DNA of 60,174 bases, the filler included, from Squatina squatina (taxonomy: Eukaryota), in the NCBI GenBank assembly GCA_031763465.1. It is 3 parts of 3 records of this genome, joined end to end, with 100 filler letters (N's around TTAATTAATTAA, not from the genome) between each part and the next. Parts side by side here need not be neighbours in the genome. Positions count along the whole stretch, not along the records: positions 44,064 to 60,174 come from JARFOE010000013.1; 2 more parts are not named here. One strand, 5' to 3'. The position numbers and the translations under genes are program-made. Shown piece after piece: positions 46,676 through 58,080 of the stretch. Position 1 is the first letter of the stretch, and every line of letters starts with the position of its first letter. Below the pieces are notes generated by a model. It searched no databases and was not told the origin of the DNA. It was given only the letters and a program-made list of their open reading frames with translations.

Positions 46676-49600
46676 TCCTTATCTTTAGCAATATCTTCTG
46701 GCCTCACATCTTCAATGTGTTGTAAAGTTGTAAACTCCTCTACAAGATCACAGCCTTCTGTACAGTTAGCTCTCTCAACAATTTCTTTCTCAGCCCATTC
46801 CTTGTTCATAACTCTTGTTTCTTCAACTGTGCCTTCATTTTGAAGCAAGGACTCAGTTGTTATTTGATCTTCTAAAATGTCAGCAAAAATTGAATTGTCT
46901 TCAGAACTGAGTAGTTCAGGTTCTTTGTCACCCATTTCTTGTGCTTTACCTGCTTCTTCAGTTTTGCCTTCTTTATTGGAATGGATGTTAGCATTATATT
47001 TTACTTCTTTAGTTGCCTCTGCTTCATCCCCTTGGTCCAGTTGTTTAATTACATTTTGTATATCAAAACATTTCTCATTTTCAACAACATTAATTAGTTG
47101 TGGAGCATCAAATGAAGCAGTCTGTTCATCACCTGAAGTTCTAGTCTGTACAGGACATTCAGTTTTAGGATCATTTTCATTAACATAACTAGATTTTCCT
47201 TTATGATCATTTTTCCACGTCTTTACTAAATGAGAGGCGCACTTCTGAAGAGCTGAAATACTTTGCTTTAAATTATCAGTTTCTTGAACCTCGATAAGAT
47301 GTCTTACAGATTGCAAAAATGTTAAAATCTCAGAACATCTACAATTATGCATCAATACATTCTCACTGTCAGGTGAAGCTGGAACATTAACAGTTAGGTT
47401 CATAATTGCTAACCAAGCAAGGAGGACCTTTGAAGATGTGCTCAAAGTGGTGGCAAGATGTTCTGACATATCTGGTATTTCATAAGACTTCTCCAGACAT
47501 GGCAGGTGTTTGTGATGAGAATTAGTCTTGATCATATCAACTGTTGCCTGCAGCTTGCACAACACCGGTCTTAGGTCCTGTTCACCACTTGCGTCCGTCN
47601 NNNNNNNNNNNNNNNNNNNNNNNNNNNNNNNNNNNNNNNNNNNNNNNNNNNNNNNNNNNNNNNNNNNNNNNNNNNNNNNNNNNNNNNNNNNNNNNNNNNN
47701 NNNNNNNNNNNNNNNNNNNNNNNNNNNNNNNNNNNNNNNNNNNNNNNNNNNNNNNNNNNNNNNNNNNNNNNNNNNNNNNNNNNNNNNNNNNNNNNNNNNN
47801 NNNNNNNNNNNNNNNNNNNNNNNNNNNNNNNNNNNNNNNNNNNNNNNNNNNNNNNNNNNNNNNNNNNNNNNNNNNNNNNNNNNNNNNNNNNNNNNNNNNN
47901 NNNNNNNNNNNNNNNNNNNNNNNNNNNNNNNNNNNNNNNNNNNNNNNNNNNNNNNNNNNNNNNNNNNNNNNNNNNNNNNNNNNNNNNNNNNNNNNNNNNN
48001 NNNNNNNNNNNNNNNNNNNNNNNNNNNNNNNNNNNNNNNNNNNNNNNNNNNNNNNNNNNNNNNNNNNNNNNNNNNNNNNNNNNNNNNNNNNNNNNNNNNN
48101 NNNNNNNNNNNNNNNNNNNNNNNNNNNNNNNNNNNNNNNNNNNNNNNNNNNNNNNNNNNNNNNNNNNNNNNNNNNNNNNNNNNNNNNNNNNNNNNNNNNN
48201 NNNNNNNNNNNNNNNNNNNNNNNNNNNNNNNNNNNNNNNNNNNNNNNNNNNNNNNNNNNNNNNNNNNNNNNNNNNNNNNNNNNNNNNNNNNNNNNNNNNN
48301 NNNNNNNNNNNNNNNNNNNNNNNNNNNNNNNNNNNNNNNNNNNNNNNNNNNNNNNNNNNNNNNNNNNNNNNNNNNNNNNNNNNNNNNNNNNNNNNNNNNN
48401 NNNNNNNNNNNNNNNNNNNNNNNNNNNNNNNNNNNNNNNNNNNNNNNNNNNNNNNNNNNNNNNNNNNNNNNNNNNNNNNNNNNNNNNNNNNNNNNNNNNN
48501 NNNNNNNNNNNNNNNNNNNNNNNACAGAGCTGTTGCTGATGGCAATAGCGGCTTGGTCCCCCATTCTTTGTAATCTACTATCCAGTGACTCTGTACTACT
48601 CGGTCCTTTTCCTGGTGGACAAGCTATTGCTAATTGAGAAAGGCTAGATTCAGTTGCTTCTTTCGGGAGTATTAAGTCAGTTGAGCTATGAGATATAGAA
48701 CTATCACCACCATTTCCAATATGGAATGTCACTTTGCTTTCATTAGACATCTCAACGGTATTAAATTCAGTACTTTGACATTTGTCAGTGTCAACCATTT
48801 CTATTGATCCTTGACCACGACTGGGTGTAGTGCAATTATCACTCAAAACTTCATTTTTTTCAAGCTGGCCTAGTATTTTAACTGGTTTTGAATGACTGCC
48901 ATATTCTGGGTGAAGTTTTGTGTTCTGACTTGTATGTTTTCTGTATTTTTGCTCATTCATTCTTGAAGACAAAGCTAAGTCATTGCAAACAGGGCTTATT
49001 GCTTCAGCTGTTTCTTCTGTATTTGTGCATGATGAATCATTTGAATCTGTATTAACTGGCATTTCAACCTTATTAGTAGTTTTAATGCAGTCCTGATTCC
49101 TCACAGTAGAGCTTTGTGAACACTTTGAAACACTGTTTAAATTTGCCAACAATAGAGACATTCTGGCTTCACAAAACTCAGAGCTATAAGTACAATTGGT
49201 CTTTACATCTGTTTTTTGTTTTCCTTCTGTGGATGTGAGTGAACACACCATTCTAGATGACAAGCTACTGGTTTCATTATGAATTGATACAGAAGATCTA
49301 GAATACCTGAATGAAGCGCTCATTGGTCTCCTTACATCTCTTTTTCCTCGTTTTGAAATGGAGTATGTTGGATCTGCTGAAGAAGGTCTCAAATTTATTT
49401 TTGCAAAATTAATATCTGTGTCAACACATCCAATTTTTTCCCAATACTGAGAAAAGATATTTGTTGCATTTGTACTTTCATTGATGGAGTTGATCATTTT
49501 TGGTACAACTAATTGATCTTCAAAGGATGATCCTGAGTACTTTGAGGAGGAGTCTTTCCCAACAAAAGAGCTGCTTTTATCTAGGATTGTTTTTTCTTCT

Positions 49601-50471
49601 CCGTGACTATTTACATTAATCTTCTCACATGTTTGGAGCTCCTCAGAAGCTGCACCACTACTTACTTCACAAGATTCTTTTTCATTTGATATTGAAAAGA
49701 GTTCATTATAGTGCTCCATTATGCTCTCTTCAAGTCCTGTCTCCTGTAGATTTGAAAATTGAACTATATTTGCACTAGTTTCTGTGTCAGACTTTGCAGT
49801 TATGCTTTCCAGAGACACCTGGTCCTGCCTCATCTTTCCATGACTCGGACTTCCCTTGCAACTATACAACGGTTTGAATTCTATCCCCGATTCAAGAAGA
49901 TTTTCATCAGTGTTTGAAAAACTATTTTGCCAGATGTCACAATGTCCTTCTTTATCCTGTTCGATATGCATTGTGCATTCTTGTGGTGTAAAATGATCAT
50001 CAAATTCTTGCTCATGACGCAAGTCCTCAAAATGCATCATTTTTGAATCATGATGGGAGTGCGCATTAATCAGATCTGCCGATTCAACATTAGATTCCAG
50101 TTTTGAATTGCAAGCATTACATTTTTTGTTACATATACCAGAACGGCTAATTGTAGTAGTCCATTGTATTGTCTCTTCCTCTTTTATTCGAAGGTGTACT
50201 CTCATTTCTACTGTCAGACTGCCATCCTCATTCATATAAATGGACTTCTCAATATCATCATCTGATGGCATCACAGGCTTATCTTCTCTTGAGTAAACGT
50301 AATTCTTACAAGAGCCTGTTTCATTTTTGGGTATAAAGGAACTGCTTCCTAAGAAGTTTTTACTGTCATTCACATATAATTTATCAGAAGATGTGGAGTA
50401 AACCTGAGATTTTGAGCTAGAAGGAGATATTGAGTTAATCAACCATTGTCTTCTCCCTGATTTTATGTTGT
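46676..50471 (-). CDS. RP1: RP1 (oxygen-regulated protein 1) giant exon 4, interrupted by a 924-N gap; 3' end lost in the next gap
   Basis: Acceptor gtacag|AC AAC (phase 1). It contains SSSKSQVYSTSSDK and DDIEKSIYMNEDGSLTVEMRVHLRIKEEETIQWTTTISRSG (RP1-family motif after the DCX domains) and LEKS...SSKVLLAWLAIMNL, within a long Ser/Glu-rich open frame. RP1L1 is less likely because of the SSSxSQxYSxSS motif and the downstream PLAT exon. Confidence 0.88.
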
Positions 50472-50661
50472 CTGTACACAAAGATGAGGCAAAGATGATG
50501 AAGGTGATTCCCAGTGCCAAATTACATCAGAGATGAAGAACAGAAGATAAAAAAAGAGAAAAGGTAGAAATAATAAGAAATGTCAGAAAATAAATTATGA
50601 AAATAAATTATAACATTTATAACGCTAATTTACTGTTTTGATGAAGAACAAACATCAAGCA

Positions 50662-51200
50662 TCAGGACAGACAGAAGCAAATGCAATAGGACAGCGAGAA
50701 GCACAGGCAACAGGACAGGGAGAAGCACAGGCAACAGGGCAGGTAGCAGGACAGGACAACAGGACGGGGAGAAGCACAGGCTACAGCACAGGGAAAAGCC
50801 CAGGCAGCAGCACAGGGAGAAGCACAGGAAGGATGACAAGGAGAAGCACAGGAAGAAGATCAGGGATAAACACAGGCAGCAGGACAGGGAGGAGCAAAGA
50901 CAGCAGGACAGGGAGAAGCACATGAAGGAAGCCAGGGAGTAGCGCAGGAAGGAAGACAGGGAGAAGCACAGGAAGGAGGATAGGGAGAAACACAGGCAGT
51001 AGGACATGGAGTAACACAGGCAACAGGACATGGAGTAACACAGGCAGCAAGACAGGGAGAAATACAGGCAGCACGGCAGGGAAAAGCTCAGGCAGCGAGA
51101 CAAGGAGAAGCACAGGCAACAGGACAGGGAGAAGCACAGGCAACAGGACAGGGAGGAGGACAGGCACGGGCACAGGGAGAAGTACAAGGAAGGAGGACCG
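50662..51200. repeat. Purine-rich minisatellite, ~24-bp unit (CAGGACAGGGAGAAGCACAGGCAG) built from 12-bp subunits
   Basis: Direct reading; it generates the spurious LSCCLCFS / VLLP ORFs. Confidence 0.9.
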
Positions 51201-51300
51201 NNNNNNNNNNNNNNNNNNNNNNNNNNNNNNNNNNNNNNNNNNNNNNNNNNNNNNNNNNNNNNNNNNNNNNNNNNNNNNNNNNNNNNNNNNNNNNNNNNNN

Positions 51301-51802
51301 CTAAACTGCTCCCAGTCCTCAGGTTTGCTGCTTTTTCTGGCCAATTTATATGTCTCCTCCTTGGATTTAATACTATCCCTAATTTCCCTTGTTAGCCACA
51401 GTTGAGCCACCCTTCCTGTTTTATTTTTATGCCAAACAGGAATGAATAATTGTTGTAGTTCATCCATGCGATCCTTAAATGTTTGCCATTGCCGATCCAC
51501 CGTCAACCCCTTAAGTAACATTCCCCAATCCATCCTAGCCAACTCGCGCCTCATACCATCATAGTTTCCTTTATTTTGATTCAGGACCCTAGTCTCAGAG
51601 TCAACTACATCACTCTCCATCTTGATGAAGAATTCTGTCATATTATGGTCGCTCTTCGCCAAGGGGCCTCGCACAACAAGATTGCTAATTAATCCTTTCT
51701 CATTACACAATACCCAGTCTAAAATGGCCTGTTCTCTCGTTGGTTCCTCGACTTATTGGTCCAGAAAACCATCCCATATACACTCTAGGAATTCCTCCTC
51801 CA
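51301..51802 (-). mobile_element. CR1 LINE ORF2 fragment (endonuclease C-terminus and linker), little decayed
   Basis: EEEFLECIWDGFLDQ*VEEPTREQAILDWVLCNEKGLISNLVVRGPLAKSDHNM...WLTREIRDSIKSKEETYKLARKSSKPEDWEQF. Confidence 0.92.
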
Positions 51803-52799
51803 CATTTAGTCACCTCAGAAGCCACAATTCTGGAATTCTGGAGTGGAAACAAGTCAACCTCGATCCCGAGAGACTGCCTAAGAAGAAGAAGATGCATTGG
51901 ATAAATGTAGCAATAGCAAGCAGTAGCATGAAAGTTATTTTAAAATTCTCATAAACTTAGCAGGTAAAACATTTTAATTAGAAATGCAGCTGCTCTGTAC
52001 ACTCCTGAATGTGCATGTTAAATATTTGCCATTTCATGTTTAACATTGTATTATTTAGTTATATTTCTTTATCCATTGTAATGTTTCAGTGGAGCCATTC
52101 CCAGTTGGGCGTGCATAGTAGCTGTTTATATTGTATTGTTATAACTCACGCACTATTCGTTCCTGCAAACTCCAAAACAACAGCGGCAACCTTTATTTTT
52201 AGTCACCAGGAGTAAATAAAATGAAAATCTACTTCGAATTAATTATACACTCTGCTGGTTTGAAAGAAACAAACTTTAACACCTCTGGATTAAGCAGCCA
52301 AAACACAAACACTTCGGTCACTGAACAGAACTGTAAATCACAGCAGTAAACTAATTATGAAAAAACACAGACAAAGATGTGTTACTTAATCTCATGCAGA
52401 TTAACACTCTAACCATAATATTTTTTCAGTTTGATGGAGTCACCAATACTTTACTGTCACATTCTTATCTTAGGTGTTCATGGGCAAAAATGTGTATTCC
52501 TGCGATTTGCTGGTGTCTTGATAGCTGTCAGTTTCGATAGTATCTTGATAGACAGGCATACAAATGAATTGCTTGTCACCATCAGAGCTGAGATAACTAC
52601 CCTGTTTGCTTATTTGAGTGCAAACCTGTCCCATGTTACAGATCTATTTTAGTTAAAATATTATGCAGGAGACTTGTAATGAGATAGATTTCCTCAGCTA
52701 AATCAGATCGTCTTGTAATATGGGCTGGTTATACTGTACATTTTGTTTAAACGTGTTGGTTTTGGCTTGGTGCCAACACAAACTGTGTAGTATAAAATC

Positions 52800-53931
52800 A
52801 ACAGGGAAGTTGCCAGAATTAGTGAGTGCAGGCACTCTGGCTCTCCCGTTCATGATGGTACTGATCTCCGAATACTTGCTTAACACTCTGTTCCCTCATG
52901 TCTATGCTGACATTCCTCCTAGAGAGGAGGTCTATGAACCCCTGCCATCTATTCTCCATAAAGACCATGTGCCCCTGTGAGTGGCGCATTAGCTGCTCCA
53001 TGCAGGTGGCCATCCTATATGGAAGAGCCTACAGTCACCATCGTCTTTGACAGGGTGGAAGGAGGGAAAGAAGAGAAAATTGAGTGAGAGTGATGGAGTG
53101 AATGTGAGGAATGGATGGGCTACATCTTTAGAGGGGGACTATGACGGATTGGATTGGCAATGCCAAATGGCCTCCTTGTGTGTGTTAGTTGGTATGATTG
53201 CATTAGGATGAGGGTGAGTATGAGGGGTGGCTTGTAAGATGGGGATGTGATAATGTAGATAGCGAGAGAGGGATGGGTAGATGTGCAAGGTATGTTGGTA
53301 TGAGAATGATGTGCATGAGCAGGCTTGGGAAGGCAAAGTGATGGACATGTGGTGACAGGTACCTCAGGATGAAGGTGTGTGTGGCATTGTACTCACCTTT
53401 GCTGATCTCATTAGATCATTGAATCTCTTACTGCACTGTTACCCATGTCCTCCTGACGACTTCCCTGCTGTTGACCTCCTCAGCAATAACAAGCCATGCC
53501 CTTTTGGTCTCTTGGGGAGGTCTCATCTGCCCATCAGCAAGGAAGAGGACCTCACTGCGTGCTCTGACTCCCTCCACCAGAATATGGAGTGAGTCATCCA
53601 AAAGGTAGTGTGCAGCCCTCTGTCTTTGTGAAGTCATTTTTATAACTCTCAGCAAGAACCCTTTCCTCTACAATACTCCCTCCACATTCCAACATGAACC
53701 TTCAAAGGCAATGTGTTCAAGGCTGCCTAAAATATCTCCACTGGAAATGAGTCATCGATAATGTCATCAGACCCACACTATTTAATAAGGCTGGCAAACG
53801 CGCAAACTAGTTTAATAGGAGCTAATTAACTGATAGTTGCAGTGGAGAATGCGCTGTTCACATCTTCGGGACCCTGACCCGCTAAGTGGCCTGCATCCAC
53901 GCAACCCGACTTCACGGTAAAAATTCCGGCC
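52800..53931 (-). mobile_element. PIF/Harbinger element relic with Myb/SANT-like gene
   Basis: RAAHYLLDDSLHILVEGVRARSEVLFLADGQMRPPQETKRAWLVIAEEVNSREVVRRTW...RFNDLMRSAK|gtgagt; terminus AAATTCCGGCC at ~53931. The left boundary is approximate. Confidence 0.75.
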
Positions 53932-54015
53932 TACATCTTTGAATGCTTTTATGCATCAGAATCTGTTACATTACAAAGGCAAAAGCTTCCACAGTTACAT
54001 TTTCTTAAAACATGC

Positions 54016-54696
54016 TGAGGTAAAGTTTCCGCTTTGGCCGTAATTGTCAATCTGGGCACAAATTGTGTTCGAAGTTGTGCTAGTTTTCCAGAAGTTGTGG
54101 TTTAAGTTTGCATAATCACCAAAGTAAAAAAGTGAATTTTTATTTCCCCTTGCATTATAAATATTCCTTGATATATTTAAGAGTGGTAATTTGGTCCAAT
54201 TTTATTAATAGAGCTGAAAATGGGTTTATCAAAAAATATAAGCATTTTTAATCAGAGTGTCTAGTCTGCCACCTGTAAGTAACAATTTTAAATAACTGAC
54301 AATGACTGTAAAACACTATACGGAACCATTTATTAGTTTCATTAGTGTACAACTGGCAGTTTCTTAGTAAATTAAATATTTTTTAATATTTAAAAATAAA
54401 ACCTAAAAGATGCCTACTAGTGTGTTTGCACCTAAAAACAAGACTCTCCTCAAAGGCCCGTATACGGGTGCAATCGGTGGAAGCTCGCCATGGTGATTAA
54501 TTTATCAAGGGGTGTGGCCAGTTTTGTGGGCAGGGTCGGGTTCCAGCACGATGCTTTTCAAACTAGTGCAAAGGATCGCAGAAACATAATTTGCACTGAC
54601 CCGAACTCGCACTTGAAATTCATCAAACCTTCACGCTGGTTTGGTAAATTTCGGGTGAATTGCACTAGTGCGCAACTGAGCAGAAACTTTACCCTG
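54016..54696. mobile_element. ~680-bp non-autonomous DNA transposon
   Basis: Inverted termini GGTAAAGTTTC (54019-54029) / GAAACTTTACC (54683-54693). Confidence 0.55.
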
Positions 54697-56747
54697 CTTA
54701 ATGAGTGTAAATGATGGTTTAATGACTCCAAACTTTAAGTTTCATAACAGAGAGGGACTTAAAGAAGGAAGGTGACATATGTTCTGCGCATTACTTTGGC
54801 TCCGATTATTTACTCTGATTTCTGTTTGTTTTATGTGGGTTTATATGTTCCGGGTATGCTAATACGATTTTCAGGAAATTTCAGTCTTCCGATTTTCCAG
54901 TTGGCAAGATCGGTGTAAAAATCGGNNNNNNNNNNNNNNNNNNNNNNNNNNNNNNNNNNNNNNNNNNNNNNNNNNNNNNNNNNNNNNNNNNNNNNNNNNN
55001 NNNNNNNNNNNNNNNNNNNNNNNNNAAAAGAAGGCACACAGCTTCATTAAAATATTTAAATGACCAACCTGCCTCCTACATGCAGATTGGTCACCTGTTC
55101 CTTATTAAAACCAGAGGTGAACGGGTTCAAGGTGGGTTGAGTTCCTGGTTCAGATTTTTTGAATTTTCACCTGTGGCCCGACCCCAACTCACCCATTTTT
55201 GGGAGACTGTGGCTGGAATAGAGCAGTTGAAAGAGAGGTAGGGAACATTGGAAACTGATTCAACCCAAGGCACTTACATGCACCTTTCAGAGGAAAGGTA
55301 GTTCCGGTGGCAGCCTGGCACATCTTACCTATCTGCTCTTGGTCAGGGAATACAATGTGGAAAACCAAAAGGGGGGAGAAAAAAAGGCAAAGAAGACTCT
55401 TTGAAAAATGAACCTTACCCACATAATTGGAGATGCAATGATGTAATTATAACTTATGTGTACAAATTGCAGTGATTTTTTTTTCTGCATTGACAATAGA
55501 GCTACAGTGCTACTGGTCTGTGATCATTTCTCCAATATACTCTACGGAAACTGCCAGAAAGGCTTTGTTTTGCAACTGTGATTATTACAAGACCGAAAAT
55601 ATCTGTGCAACAAGCAGCCTTACGCCAGCTGGTTCCTTCACATTCAAGTCATTCAGCAAGTTTTGTGGAAGCATTGTAAGCTAATTAGGTAAGGAAGTAA
55701 ACCAACAACTGTAAAAACACACCAGCAGAATGAATTGTGGACATTAAATTAGAAAATTAAATAAACTGTTTTACTTATGAAACTTGCTGAAATTTAAAGA
55801 CAAATGGCACAGTGCAACCTCAGCATAAAAGGTATCAGCTACGTTAAGTCCCATTGATGACAGCTCCATCATAACACCCATTTATAACATTATTCCTCCA
55901 CCCCAGCTTTCCGGTTCAGCATTATATTTGCTGCATTCCTGCAGCGTTATGTCACTGATTTCTTGTGCATACTGTGATGTTGCTCTACTCTTATGTATTC
56001 CTGTGTTCTATTTTGGTGTCATGGTATTAGAGCATATCATTATCAAGTCACTGCTCTATGCAAAATGTTATGATGCCATTATAGGACTGAGTTCACAACC
56101 CAGCTCTCTCAGCAAGGAGAGGCATTCTCATGGACTGTGGATCGAAAAACCACGGGCTCCAGGTCCATTATTTTCCAACTTGTGTTCCTTGCCAGCACCA
56201 CTCATAGCTGGAAAAGCTGGATCATGGAATCGCCCATTATATTACAAGGCAGAGCCACAATGTCATTGCTATTATTATATGTACCAACTTTGGCCTTGAA
56301 AACTCATAGAGCCATTGATGTTGGTGTTATGGTATTGAGGCAGGGCTTCCATTTGCTGTTTCTCTCCAGCTCTGACCTGTTGTAAATTGTTGGGATCGTT
56401 TAATTTAAATATCCACTGGCGTTTCAATAGTGTAACTCTTGAATAACATAGGGTTACTACACTGGGTTTGCTTGAGAATTAATAATGCAGCCTTTAAAAA
56501 GCTAGGACTGACTGAAAGAGTGCAGCAGTAAGCTGTGGGAGCAGCAGATAAGTAGGAGAGTGTTTGGATCACTGCCTGACAGAGGAACCCAAAAAGGGGA
56601 GCAGGGCATTACAATGAGGTAGAAAAGAAGGCCACACAATTTCAATGNNNNNNNNNNNNNNNNNNNNNNNNNNNNNNNNNNNNNNNNNNNNNNNNNNNNN
56701 NNNNNNNNNNNNNNNNNNNNNNNNNNNNNNNNNNNNNNNNNNNNNNN

Positions 56748-57140
56748 GCACTTCACAGCCAATTAAGTACTTGATGTAGTCAACGTCGGAAATGCAGCAG
56801 CCAATTTTCACAAATCCAAGTCCCACAAATAGCAATGAAATGAATGCCCAGATCATCTGTTTTTGGTGTTGGTTGAGGAATGAATGTTGGCCAGGACACC
56901 AGGAGAACCCTGCTCTTCTTCAAATAGTGGCATGTGATTTTTTAATGTCCACCTGCAAGGACAGATGTGGACTCAGTTTAATGTCTCATCCAAAGGATGG
57001 CACCTCAGACAGTGCAGCACTCCTTCAGTGCAGCACTTGAGTGTCAGCCTAGATCACGTGCTTAAGCCTTACGAGAGGAACTTGAACCCACAGCCTTCTG
57101 ACTCCGAGGGGAGTGCTACCTTTGAGCCAAGGCTGACTCA
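56748..57140 (-). mobile_element. SacSINE1/DeuSINE (older copy)
   Basis: Reverse complement of the Deu core (GTCTCATCCAAAGGATGGCACCTCAGACAGTGCAGCACTCC) and tRNA head. Confidence 0.8.
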
Positions 57141-57667
57141 TTCAGAATACTGGAGAGACGGAAGGGGATTAAGATGAACTAAAAGGAGTTTAGTTAGTGT
57201 TATAGGGTATTATAGTGAAGCTCAAAAGATTATTAAAGAATGTGGACTGCTTGCAGTTGCATATGAGTGATAGATACCGCATTGCAGCTGCCATTTTATT
57301 TGAATTTTCTTGGGTGTATTAAATGTGTATCAGCTGCTGTCATCAGTTGGAGTGAATCTAATTGGCAGTTTTGGGGAGCAACAGTTTTCTCCTAAAATGC
57401 ATCAGCATGAACTAACTTCATCATTTACTTTAGGGATTTGTCCTCCATCCAGATGTAATTATAGAAATTAACAGAGATGAGCAGAGGATGGTAGTCAGAA
57501 AGTGTGAAAGGGATTTGAGCCCATAATTATGGAGCCTTTAGTTATCAAAACACAACAGAACTAATGCAAGCTTGATACAGATTTGTGGTAATTTCTCAAC
57601 AATTACTGTTAACTTTTCTTAACCCAAAATGCAGGGATGATCTGTTGTATGTGTGTTTAGGATTATC

Positions 57668-57736
57668 AGACAAGGATTGGGAGCAGTTTAGAATTCAACA
57701 AAGGAGGACAAAGAGATTGATTAAGAGGGGAAAAAT
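57668..57736 (+). mobile_element. CR1 ORF2 fragment
   Basis: DWEQFRIQQRRTKRLIKRGK, same family as 51301-51802. Confidence 0.8.
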
Positions 57737-57836
57737 NNNNNNNNNNNNNNNNNNNNNNNNNNNNNNNNNNNNNNNNNNNNNNNNNNNNNNNNNNNNNNNN
57801 NNNNNNNNNNNNNNNNNNNNNNNNNNNNNNNNNNNN

Positions 57837-58080
57837 CCCCCAACTCGGCTCCCTGGTGGCCTAGCGCCGTGCCCCGAGGCTCTGTTGCCTCTGCCGGCAA
57901 CCCTCCTCTTTATCCCGCACTCCCCAGCAATTCATGGGGTCAGCGCCAGGTCAGCGCTGACCTGGAAATGAGGCAAAGACCCCAATTCCGGGGCAGAAGA
58001 CATCGATGCGGGGCCGGAAAAAAAATACCCAGCCCGGACTAATGCAGCAGCTGATTTCGGCACTGTTGAATTGGGGCCCC
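57837..58080. mobile_element. GC-rich MITE arm
   Basis: CpG-rich segment ending in GAATTGGGGCCCC. Confidence 0.55.

Noticed and set aside
4815-50471. Apparent clustering of two photoreceptor-cilium disease genes (ADGRV1 and RP1)
   Set aside because: They are on different scaffolds separated by artificial linkers.
50630-51710. Cys/Leu-rich 185-aa ORF and 309-aa ORF
   Set aside because: Translations of a minisatellite, in one case fused across a gap to a CR1 fragment.
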